This document shows positions 16,984-25,867 of a DNA stretch of 49,949 nucleotides, piece after piece. The stretch lies in NCBI GenBank assembly GCA_003135575.1, contig PLCG01000110.1:1-49949 (forward strand), given 5' to 3'. The notes under the pieces were generated by a model. It did not search any database and was not told where the DNA came from. It saw only the letters and a list, made by a program, of their open reading frames with translations. The DNA is from Nitrososphaerota archaeon (GTDB lineage Archaea > Thermoproteota > Nitrososphaeria > Nitrososphaerales > Gagatemarchaeaceae). Position 1 is the stretch's first letter; every line of letters starts with the position of its first letter. A program made the position numbers and the translations under genes.

Positions 16984-19900
16984 TTGCCCTTCAAGGCTAG
17001 CTCCGCTTGGGAGCATAGCAAGAAACTCACGCTCTTCCCACTAGAGCTCGAGTCTTACTACGGCGACATACTCAACCAATACGAAAGGGCCTACAACATC
17101 GCCGAGGAGGCCAAGTCGAGAGGCCTTGATCCTAACGAGATAGTCGAGTCGAAGACCGTCTTCGACCTAGCCGACCGTGTCAACGAGATGCTGGGGCTCT
17201 CACAATTTGAAGGCCTGGCTGAGAGGCTGCGCCACCTCCTACACACTATGTCCAAGGAAAGGGCCACGCTAACCATCGCTGAAGAAATAGCGCTAGGCAA
17301 GTTTGGCGCTATGAGCATTGATCAGGCCCTCCAATATGCCGTCAGGGCAGGCCTCGCGGTCATTACGGATGGCGTCACCGTCGCTCCGATTCAGGGCATC
17401 TCCACGGTTGTGATCAAGAAGAACGACGACAACAGCGAGTACGCCTCAATCTCGTACGCAGGCCCCATGAGATCCGCCGGCGGGACGGAGGCCGCGTTCT
17501 CCGTGCTAATCGCTGACGTAGTCGCGAAGAAACTCGGGCTCTCACCCTATAGGGCGCGGGAGGAAGAGGTTGCTAGATACATCGAGGAACTCCGAGTGTA
17601 CGAACGCGAGGTCGGAAGCTTCCAATATCGCGTCTCCGATTCGGACGTGCGGGTCGCGCTTTCCAACCTGCCGGTGGAGATTGACGGAGTGGAGACGGAC
17701 CCGTTCGAAGTCGTCGTCCACAGGAACCTGAAGAGAGTAACCACAGACAGAGTCCGAGGAGGAGCTCTCCGCGTCCTCAACGACGGCGTCATCGGCAGGG
17801 CCCACAAGCTCAAAAGAATCCTCACCGATCTCCAGCTCACAGGATGGGACTGGCTCGCCGAGTTGAAGGGTGGGAAGCAGCAGTCCACAGGCGAGACGGA
17901 GAAGATAGGGGCACATTTCGAGGAGGTGATATCCGGACGGCCGGTCATCTCGTCGCCTAATACTCGTGGTGGCCTGAGGATAAGGTACGGAAGGGCCATG
18001 AACACGGGCCTTTCCACCGTTGGCATCCATCCTGCGATCCCCGCCCTTCTAGACAACTGCGTGGTCGTCGGAACCCAGGTCAAGGTCGACATACCGGGAA
18101 AGGCCGCCACAATCGCGTTCGTCGACTCGATCGAAGGACCGACGGCCCTCTTGAAAGACGGCTCCGTACGGCGCGTGAACACCCTGGCCGAGGCTGAGCG
18201 CCTTCACGATGCGTTGGAGCGGATAATCGACATGGGAGACGCGCTCATCAGTTACGGCGACTTCCTTGAGAACAACAAGACGCTGGGACCCTCCCCCTAT
18301 GTCACAGAGTGGTGGCGGCAGGACCTCAAAGCGGCTGCAGGGGAAACGATAAAGCAGAATGAGCCCACAAGTCAAGGGGAGACGGGCCAGCCTACCCGGC
18401 TAGAGACCATACTTGGTGGCGCAATGCCGACAGCCGAGGAGGCGCTGCTACTATCGAAGCAGTTCGACATCCCGCTATACCCCGGCTACACGCCGCGGTT
18501 CGACAGGCTCTCTCCAGCTGAGGTGGTAGAACTGAGGAGTCTCTCGAGCCGCTCAGGACGTGATATCGAGGTCCATATCACATCACATCACATCCAAGAG
18601 ACTTTGCAACATCTGCTGATTCCCTTCACCCGGAACGAGGATTCCGCTACCGTGACAGAAGAATGGGCGACCATTCTAGGTGCACTGATGGACGTGGGTG
18701 GTGACGTCGAGGTCACTGACACCTCCTCCTGGAGTCCCGACAACACACTGGAACTGATTCACCACCTCTCCGGCCTGAAGATAGGTAGGCAGACCACTGC
18801 CACGGTCGGAATGCGGGTGGGCAGGCCCGAGAAGGCGATGCTCAGGCACATGAAACCTCCCGTCCACGTGCTCTTCCCCGTCGGCGCTGCAGGCGGCATG
18901 ACTAGGGATCTGCTCGCCGCTGCGAAGCATGGCGTCATGAGGGTCGACATGGTCAACATCATGTGCCCCTCCTGTGGAAAGCGGAAGCTATCCAGCAGGT
19001 GCGAGGAGTGCGGCGAGGCTACCGTCCGCTTCCTCTCCTGCCCACGATGCGGCCAAATCATAAACGCCGAAGAAGGTCAGTCCTGTCCGCGATGCAAGGC
19101 GGAGGGAGTGACGCATTCTAACCACAACCTGGACGTACGGGCCGCGGTAGACGTGGTCCTGAGGAAGGTTCCTGAGGTAGCGCGCGGCCCTATAAAGGGG
19201 GTCAGGGGCCTATCAAGCGGCTCCAAGTACGCGGAACCCATCGAGAAGGGCGCCCTTCGGAGCAAGCACGAGATCTACGTATACAAGGACGGGACCGCGC
19301 GAGTAGATGTCACGAACGCGCCGCTCACCCACTTCAGGCCTAGTAACATACGCACGGACATCGCGATGCTGCGTTCGTTGGGATACGATGTCGACAAGGA
19401 CGGCAAGCCGCTCGTCGACCCGGAGCAAATCGTGCCGCTCAAGCCGCAAGACGTCGTGATCCCCGAGAACACTGCGCACGACCTTCTGAGGGTCGCTGCG
19501 TTCGTCGACGACGAGCTAGAAATCGTCTACGGGTTGCCGAGGTTCTACAACGTCAAATCGATTGACGAGCTCAGAGGAAAGGTGATCGTGGGCCTGGCCC
19601 CCCACACGTCCGTCGGAGTGGCAGGAAGGATTGTCGGGTTCTCGAACGCCCAGGTGTGCTTCGCAAACCCATGCTGGCACTCTTCCAAGCGCAGAGACTG
19701 CGACGGCGACGGCGACTCCATCTTGCTCCTGCTCGACATCTTTCTCAACTTCTCAGTCGAGTACATACCGACGCAAATCGGCGGACTAATGGACACCCCG
19801 CTCCTGATTCAACCCATCATCCTCCCTGCGGAGGTCGACGATCAGGCCCACAACTTCGATGTGGCTTGGGAATACCCCCTCGCCTTTTACCAAGCTACCG

Positions 19901-20496
19901 AATCCTCTCCGAATGCCTCTAAGGTCTCGAACCTCGTGGAGACCATCAGGAACAGGGTGAACCTCCCGGAGCAGTTCTACAATTACGGGTTCACTCACAG
20001 CGCAAGCTCGATTACGATAAAGAGCCCGCGGAGCGCCTATTCCACGCTCACGACGCTCGCCGACAAGATAGCAAAGCAGATCGAGGTCGCCGAGAAAATC
20101 GAGGCCGTGTCGGCAAGGCAGGTCGTCGAGTCCATAATCAAGACCCACCTCATCAGGGACATCGCAGGCAACATGAAGAAGTACGCCACCCAGTCGTTCA
20201 AGTGTAGGGCCTGCAGCCGAACATTGCGCAGGCCCACCGTCTCCGCCAAATGCGAAATTTGCGGAGGGGAACTCAGGGAGACTCTCACCAGGGGCTCGGT
20301 CGAGAAGTATCTGGCGATTGCGCGCAGGCTGGCGCACCAGTACGACGTCGACGAGTACATCAAAGAGCGCCTCGATTTGCTGGTCAGGGAGATGGATCAA
20401 CTCTTCCAGACTAGGGAGAAGAGCACCCAGTCGGAGCTCACTGATTTCGCGGATCAGACGCTAGAGCCTGAGCCCGGCCTCGTCGTAGACAGATAG
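16984..20496 (+). CDS. polC: DNA polymerase D large subunit DP2 (no intein evident)
   Basis: AGPMRSAGGT, RVRGGA, RVGRPEKA, catalytic KRRDCDGDGD, GGLMDTPL and zinc fingers. Confidence 0.97.
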   Translation: MPFKASSAWEHSKKLTLFPLELESYYGDILNQYERAYNIAEEAKSRGLDPNEIVESKTVFDLADRVNEMLGLSQFEGLAERLRHLLHTMSKERATLTIAEEIALGKFGAMSIDQALQYAVRAGLAVITDGVTVAPIQGISTVVIKKNDDNSEYASISYAGPMRSAGGTEAAFSVLIADVVAKKLGLSPYRAREEEVARYIEELRVYEREVGSFQYRVSDSDVRVALSNLPVEIDGVETDPFEVVVHRNLKRVTTDRVRGGALRVLNDGVIGRAHKLKRILTDLQLTGWDWLAELKGGKQQSTGETEKIGAHFEEVISGRPVISSPNTRGGLRIRYGRAMNTGLSTVGIHPAIPALLDNCVVVGTQVKVDIPGKAATIAFVDSIEGPTALLKDGSVRRVNTLAEAERLHDALERIIDMGDALISYGDFLENNKTLGPSPYVTEWWRQDLKAAAGETIKQNEPTSQGETGQPTRLETILGGAMPTAEEALLLSKQFDIPLYPGYTPRFDRLSPAEVVELRSLSSRSGRDIEVHITSHHIQETLQHLLIPFTRNEDSATVTEEWATILGALMDVGGDVEVTDTSSWSPDNTLELIHHLSGLKIGRQTTATVGMRVGRPEKAMLRHMKPPVHVLFPVGAAGGMTRDLLAAAKHGVMRVDMVNIMCPSCGKRKLSSRCEECGEATVRFLSCPRCGQIINAEEGQSCPRCKAEGVTHSNHNLDVRAAVDVVLRKVPEVARGPIKGVRGLSSGSKYAEPIEKGALRSKHEIYVYKDGTARVDVTNAPLTHFRPSNIRTDIAMLRSLGYDVDKDGKPLVDPEQIVPLKPQDVVIPENTAHDLLRVAAFVDDELEIVYGLPRFYNVKSIDELRGKVIVGLAPHTSVGVAGRIVGFSNAQVCFANPCWHSSKRRDCDGDGDSILLLLDIFLNFSVEYIPTQIGGLMDTPLLIQPIILPAEVDDQAHNFDVAWEYPLAFYQATESSPNASKVSNLVETIRNRVNLPEQFYNYGFTHSASSITIKSPRSAYSTLTTLADKIAKQIEVAEKIEAVSARQVVESIIKTHLIRDIAGNMKKYATQSFKCRACSRTLRRPTVSAKCEICGGELRETLTRGSVEKYLAIARRLAHQYDVDEYIKERLDLLVREMDQLFQTREKSTQSELTDFADQTLEPEPGLVVDR

Positions 20497-20500
20497 CCTA

Positions 20501-21793
20501 CTAACGGTAGAAATATGCCGGGGAGTTGTCGAACGAGTACTTCACCCTCTGGTGCAACCTGCGGAGGCCCCGCACCCGCTTCTTGACGAGGTCCGCCTTG
20601 TCCGTGGTCAGTGCCATGTGCAAGACGTCGGCGACTTCCTTCATCTCGCTCTTCCCCATACCGAGCCTTGTGAGCTCCGACACGCCTACCCGTATCCCGC
20701 CCGGGTTCGTGTAGTGCCTCCCCGCTTGGAGATCTCCGGGGAGCAGCTGACGGTTGAGTATGATGTTCATGTCCTCGAGCTTCTTCTCCACAATCCCTCC
20801 ATCTCCATACTTGGTGACGTCGATGGCCACCTGGTGGGACTTGGTGTACCCATGGCTCTCCCCGAGGACGCTCACGCCCTTTTCTGCCAGGGTCTCTGCC
20901 AGCACCTGTGCGTTCCTGATGACGTCTCTGGCATACCCTTTCCCGAACTTCAAGAACTCCGAGAACATGAGGGCCTTCGCCGCCACACTGTGGAGGTGGT
21001 GATTGCTTGACGTACCCGGGAACACCGATTTTTTCATAGCCTCGCCGTATTGGGCCTTGCAGACAATCGTCCCGCCCTGTGGACCGAAGAGCGTCTTGTG
21101 CGTGCTGAAACTCATCACGTGAGCACCCTCCCCCAACGGATCCTGGAACTGACCTCCCGCAATCAGGCCCGCGACATGGGCAGCGTCGTAGCAGGGGACA
21201 GCACCGACCTCGAGCACAGCATCCGCGAGCTCCCTGACCGGATGCGGAAACAGGAAAAGGCTACCCCCGAACATCACGATCTTTAGTTTCTTCCCGGAGG
21301 ATTGGACGGCCTTCAACTTCTTCTTGGTCTCATCGATGTCGATGTTCATGTTCTCCTTGTCGAAGACGAAATACTCGATGTCCAACCCGTGAACGAGCCC
21401 GGCCGTTCCCGAGAACTCTTTCTTGCCTGCCGAGATGTGGCCGCCGTTCGGGATGGACAAAGCCATCATCGTGTCTCCCGGATCAGACAACGTAGAGTAC
21501 ACAGCAAGATTGGCACAGGCCCCCGACACGGGACGAACATCCGCGAACTCCGCCTTGAACAACGTCTTGGCGAGGCTCATGGCCTCTAGCTCGATTTGAT
21601 CTATGAACTTGCAACCCGCGTACACCCTCTCCCCGGGCCAGCCCTCAGCATACCTGTGCCCCAAATCAGAAGTAAGCACATTCCTCACGGTGCGAGAGGC
21701 GACGTTCTCGCTCGCGACCAGCGGGAGGCTCTCTGAGAACCACTTCTCGTGCTGCTTGACCAGCGAGATTATCTTGCCGTATTGATTCTTCAC
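20501..21793 (-). CDS. glyA: Serine hydroxymethyltransferase
   Basis: ASEN, RYAEG, DAAHVAGLIAG and STHKTLFGPQGG motifs. Confidence 0.96.
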   Translation of the reverse strand: MKNQYGKIISLVKQHEKWFSESLPLVASENVASRTVRNVLTSDLGHRYAEGWPGERVYAGCKFIDQIELEAMSLAKTLFKAEFADVRPVSGACANLAVYSTLSDPGDTMMALSIPNGGHISAGKKEFSGTAGLVHGLDIEYFVFDKENMNIDIDETKKKLKAVQSSGKKLKIVMFGGSLFLFPHPVRELADAVLEVGAVPCYDAAHVAGLIAGGQFQDPLGEGAHVMSFSTHKTLFGPQGGTIVCKAQYGEAMKKSVFPGTSSNHHLHSVAAKALMFSEFLKFGKGYARDVIRNAQVLAETLAEKGVSVLGESHGYTKSHQVAIDVTKYGDGGIVEKKLEDMNIILNRQLLPGDLQAGRHYTNPGGIRVGVSELTRLGMGKSEMKEVADVLHMALTTDKADLVKKRVRGLRRLHQRVKYSFDNSPAYFYR

Positions 21794-21901
21794 GATGCAC
21801 AGGAACCCGCATCACTAATTATTGTTTTTGTGAAATTATTTGATTCGTAGCCGTCACAGCATATTTTAAAAGGGCGGCCGCACGGCGAAAGCGAGAACGC
21901 G

Positions 21902-22120
21902 ATGAGCAAGAAGAAGGGCAATCCACTACCGGCATCGAGCGCCGGCCTCCTCAGGTTCTTCGAGGATGAGACCGAAGGCGTCAAAATCAAGCCCGAGATT
22001 GTCCTTGGGGCCTCAATGGGACTAGTCGTAACATCAATTGCGATAAACATCTTGTTCCCAGCGCCACCGTCCACAACCGCGGCGACGGCGGTGGCCATCA
22101 TCGGCCTACTATTCGGGTAG
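21902..22120 (+). CDS. secG: Preprotein translocase subunit Sec61-beta
   Basis: PASSAGLLRFFEDET.GVKIKPE followed by a transmembrane helix. Confidence 0.92.
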   Translation: MSKKKGNPLPASSAGLLRFFEDETEGVKIKPEIVLGASMGLVVTSIAINILFPAPPSTTAATAVAIIGLLFG

Positions 22121-22126
22121 ATTCCT

Positions 22127-23896
22127 CTGTATGGCTCTGCAACCGAACAACTAGCCCGCCGTTACCGGCATCTTTTCGTCCTACCTTCCTTCTCGAGCCT
22201 CGCAATCTTTCTTTCGATTTCCAACGTCTTGCTCTTGGCGCCACTGGTCGCGCTGGACGGCTTGCCGGTGGCCGTCGCTCTGACAATCTTCGTCGCCGTG
22301 TTCGCGTCTTCGGGCCTGGTCACCTACGTCATCAAAGCACTGGATCGCGACTCGATAATCTCTCTACGGCGAACTTTTGGGCTCGCGCTCACCTCCAACC
22401 TGATCTGGACGATCCCGTTCGCGGTCGGCTCACTCTTCTCTTGGGTTTCGCACAGCCCTCAGCCGGGGCTGAACGAGTTCGTCCTAGGCGCCTTCTTCGC
22501 TTGGAGCTTCGAGCTGCTAGTAATCAACGGCGCATTCCTGTCGAGCACAATCCAGAGCATCTGCATATCTGTCATTCAACCCGCAGTAACACTGCTGTTG
22601 GCCTCGACGTTCGTCTTGCACCTCAACTCCGCGGCTGTCTATGCCGCAGTCCTCGGCTTCGTCATATTGGGAATCACCACTGGTTTCCTACTGAAATTCA
22701 AGACCTTCAAGACCCAAGGCGTCGGAATCAACTCGCTCCAGACATTCCAGTCGTTCCTCAAGACCTGGGTCTCGCACAAGCCAGCCAGCCTCGAGAATTA
22801 TTTCACGCAATACTCTCAGGACGCACCCGTCACCACAAAAATAATCGTGGCGAGCGACACGAAGAAAGTAGCCCTGGTGCTGCCGGGGGTGCATCCGGGC
22901 CCGTTCTATCCGGTCGGCAGCTACAACCTCTCAGAGCTGATATATCACGAACTCCGCAACCACGACATAATAGCGATGGTCCTTCACGGCATCGGAGGTC
23001 ACGAAAGGAACCTCCCGACGAACGAGCTCGCGAAGCGGTATGCGGCTGAAATCGCGAGCGCCGTGACGTCGCCCTCGGACGGCGGGCAGCAGTCCTGGAC
23101 CATGCGCGGGCCAGTCAGGCTGAAACTAGGCTCGGAAATCGTGACGACACTGGGGTTCGGAAAGCAAGTCATCGCATTCCTCTCTAACGCGCCCTACAAC
23201 ACCGACGACCTGGAACCCACGATAATCGATGGGGCAGTATCCACTGCAAAGGAGTTGGGAGTCGAACTTATGCTCGTAGACGCGCACAACTCCATCGGAG
23301 GAGAGAACGCGGAGCAACCGAAAATCTCGAAGGACGACTGGGTCAAAATCTTCTCAGAAATCAAAGCAAGTCCCGAGGAAGAGTTCGAGCTCGGGGTGGC
23401 ACATTCTTCGGAGCTACAGTTCGACCATGGGTCCGACATCAGTGACGGAGGAGTCACCGTCCTTCTCTTCAGAAAGCACGGCTCCAAATCTGCCCTGATA
23501 ACCGCCGACTCGAACAACGCGATCGTGGGCCTACGGCAGAAGATATCCGACGAGCTCAAGAGAGTGGACGTAGCTCTAATCGAACTGTGCACGTCAGACA
23601 CTCACAAGTCGGCCGCGCGGTATTTGACCAACCGAGGCTATCACGCGTTGGGCGAGGACAGCAACATAGAGACGCTCGTCGCCACGATTAAGAGGCTGGA
23701 GAAGCTCGCTGAGGACAGGCTATCGCGTGGCAGCGTCACGGCCATCACCTCGCAGCTGACCTTACCTCTAATCGGTGACAAGTCGCTAAATGATTTTGCC
23801 ACACTGACAAAAGAGACTCTGAGCTTTACAAAGGCGTATTCGAGCGCCGCGCTGGTCTCATCGCTCGTCATCTGCTCCCTGGCACTCTTCTTCTGA
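22127..23896 (+). CDS. DUF2070 family membrane protein
   Basis: N-terminal multi-TM region; HPGPF, HERN, DAHNS, DSNN and TSDTH motifs. The frame is open and protein-like upstream of TTG 22229, back to CTG 22127. Confidence 0.85.
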   Translation: MYGSATEQLARRYRHLFVLPSFSSLAIFLSISNVLLLAPLVALDGLPVAVALTIFVAVFASSGLVTYVIKALDRDSIISLRRTFGLALTSNLIWTIPFAVGSLFSWVSHSPQPGLNEFVLGAFFAWSFELLVINGAFLSSTIQSICISVIQPAVTLLLASTFVLHLNSAAVYAAVLGFVILGITTGFLLKFKTFKTQGVGINSLQTFQSFLKTWVSHKPASLENYFTQYSQDAPVTTKIIVASDTKKVALVLPGVHPGPFYPVGSYNLSELIYHELRNHDIIAMVLHGIGGHERNLPTNELAKRYAAEIASAVTSPSDGGQQSWTMRGPVRLKLGSEIVTTLGFGKQVIAFLSNAPYNTDDLEPTIIDGAVSTAKELGVELMLVDAHNSIGGENAEQPKISKDDWVKIFSEIKASPEEEFELGVAHSSELQFDHGSDISDGGVTVLLFRKHGSKSALITADSNNAIVGLRQKISDELKRVDVALIELCTSDTHKSAARYLTNRGYHALGEDSNIETLVATIKRLEKLAEDRLSRGSVTAITSQLTLPLIGDKSLNDFATLTKETLSFTKAYSSAALVSSLVICSLALFF

Positions 23897-23910
23897 GGAG
23901 GCATTCTGAC

Positions 23911-24531
23911 TTGAAAATTCCCCGTGGATACTTGGTCGGAATCGAAGGCATAGACGCGGTCGGAAAGAACACCCAGAGCCTCCTCCTGTCCAAATGGTTT
24001 GGCAAGAAAGGGGCGAAGACCACGCGCATGTCGTTTCCCGACTACGACACTTCTATCGGGAGGGAAATCAAATCATTCCTCTCTGGCCGAAGGACCTACC
24101 CTGCGGAGCTGCAACATCTTCTCTTCGCTGCTAACAGGTGGGAGAAATCTGAGGAAATCAGATTGCGCCTTGAGGCGGGCGAGATAATAATCGTCAACAG
24201 GTACACCGAGTCCAACTTGGCATACGGGATGGCGAACGGGCTCGACGCCGCTTGGCTGGCAAACCTCGAGAAGGGCCTTCCCAGAGCCGACCTCGTCATA
24301 GTCCTGGACGCGCCCCCCAAGTCTCTCAGCTCCAGGAGGCCCGGCAGCAGAAAGGACGCCTATGAGAGGAGCAGCAGCCTGCAGCGTACGGCCCAAAAGG
24401 CTTACAGGGAGCTCGCGCGCAAGCGGGGTTGGAAGCTCGTTGACGCCGAAAGGCCAATCAAGGAAGTCCAAGCCGCGGTGCTGAAGACGATAAGAGAGGC
24501 CATCTTAGTGGACCGGGGAACGACGATATGA
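23911..24531 (+). CDS. tmk: Thymidylate kinase
   Basis: IEGIDAVGKNTQ, LLFAANRWE and NRYTESNLAY motifs. Confidence 0.93.
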   Translation: MKIPRGYLVGIEGIDAVGKNTQSLLLSKWFGKKGAKTTRMSFPDYDTSIGREIKSFLSGRRTYPAELQHLLFAANRWEKSEEIRLRLEAGEIIIVNRYTESNLAYGMANGLDAAWLANLEKGLPRADLVIVLDAPPKSLSSRRPGSRKDAYERSSSLQRTAQKAYRELARKRGWKLVDAERPIKEVQAAVLKTIREAILVDRGTTI

Positions 24532-25829
24532 CCCTCAAATACGTCGCTGAAATCAGGGACCCGATCCACGGATACATCAAGATCACAAAGCAAGAGCGCG
24601 AGCTCATAGACTCGATCTTCATACAACGTCTGCGGAGAATCCACCAGCTCGCCGGGGCCTACCTCGTCTACCCAGGCGGCGTGCACACCAGGTTCGAGCA
24701 CGTCATCGGCACCATGCACGTCGCAGGCCTGATCGGCCAGTCGGTCGCGGGGAGGGCAGGGCTTCGAGACGACGACATCCAAGAGCTCAGGATAGCCGCC
24801 CTGCTCCACGACGTCGGGCACGGACCGTTCTCCCACCTGTTCGAAGAAGTCCTTTCAGAGAAGACCGACATGAATCACGAGGACATCTCTCAGAGAATTG
24901 TGACCGAGTCAAACATAGGAGACATCCTGAGGAGCAACGGACACCAACCCTCGAAAATAGCGAAGCTCTGCGTCGGCAAGTCGAAGGACCGGCCGTTCAT
25001 GAACCAGGTCATCGCCGGAGGACTGAGCGCGGACATGATGGACTATCTCCTCAGGGACACCTACTTCACCGGCGTGGAATATGGGAAGGTAGACATACAA
25101 AGGGTGATCGATTCGTTGGACGTAAGCGGCGACGGTCACCTCATGCTCGAAAGGGCAGCGCTCTACGCATTCGAGGCCCTCCTGATCGCAAGGTATGAGA
25201 TGTTCAAGGCGGTATACTTCCACCGGACTGTGAGGGCGGCTGAGCTCATGCTCGCGCACTCGATGACGTTGGCCGACAAACAGTTGCACCTGACCGACCT
25301 CTCAAGGATAGACAAAATCCTCAGACTCACCGACGAGATAGTCCTGCAACAGCTCGCCGACCTAGAGCCTCGCACGCCAGAGCTCAAGATGGCGCAGAAG
25401 CTCGCCGCGAGCTACATGCAGAGGAGGCTCGTGAAGTGCGTCTTCGAGAAGGTCATGCAAAGGAAAGACAGGACGATTCAGCGCATATTCAGCAAGAAGA
25501 GGTTCAGGGACGAGCTCGCCTCGAGCATCGCGCAAAGCGCGGGCGTCAAGCCTTCAAGCATCTACATCGACGTCCCGAACACGCCATCTGTGCCCTACAC
25601 GTCCGAGAGGCAGGCTTTCAACTCGATTACCCTCTTCTCCAACGACGTCTACGGGGGCAGAAGAAAGACGGAGACCGTGCCGATAAGCGAGCTCCCCCTC
25701 GTCGGGTCCATCACCGGATTCATGGACATCCTGAGGATCTACACCCTCTCCGAAGACAGGAGCAAGGTCGTCAGCGCCGTCGAGACGATCTTCGGCAAGG
25801 AAGATTTCATGTCACGAATCTCGGTCTGA
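24528..25829 (+). CDS. HD-domain phosphohydrolase (SAMHD1/dNTPase-like)
   Basis: DPIHG, QRLRRIHQL, HTRFEH, LLHDVGHGPFSH, DMMDYLLRD and VYFH motifs. Confidence 0.92.
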   Translation: MTLKYVAEIRDPIHGYIKITKQERELIDSIFIQRLRRIHQLAGAYLVYPGGVHTRFEHVIGTMHVAGLIGQSVAGRAGLRDDDIQELRIAALLHDVGHGPFSHLFEEVLSEKTDMNHEDISQRIVTESNIGDILRSNGHQPSKIAKLCVGKSKDRPFMNQVIAGGLSADMMDYLLRDTYFTGVEYGKVDIQRVIDSLDVSGDGHLMLERAALYAFEALLIARYEMFKAVYFHRTVRAAELMLAHSMTLADKQLHLTDLSRIDKILRLTDEIVLQQLADLEPRTPELKMAQKLAASYMQRRLVKCVFEKVMQRKDRTIQRIFSKKRFRDELASSIAQSAGVKPSSIYIDVPNTPSVPYTSERQAFNSITLFSNDVYGGRRKTETVPISELPLVGSITGFMDILRIYTLSEDRSKVVSAVETIFGKEDFMSRISV

Positions 25830-25867
25830 GCCATCTGTCCTGAAATACAATCTCGCCGTAAGCACAG

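Noticed and set aside
16984..20496. Intein in DP2 (also checked cdc6 and topA)
   Set aside because: Lengths are typical, and I saw no intein splice-junction or LAGLIDADG motifs.
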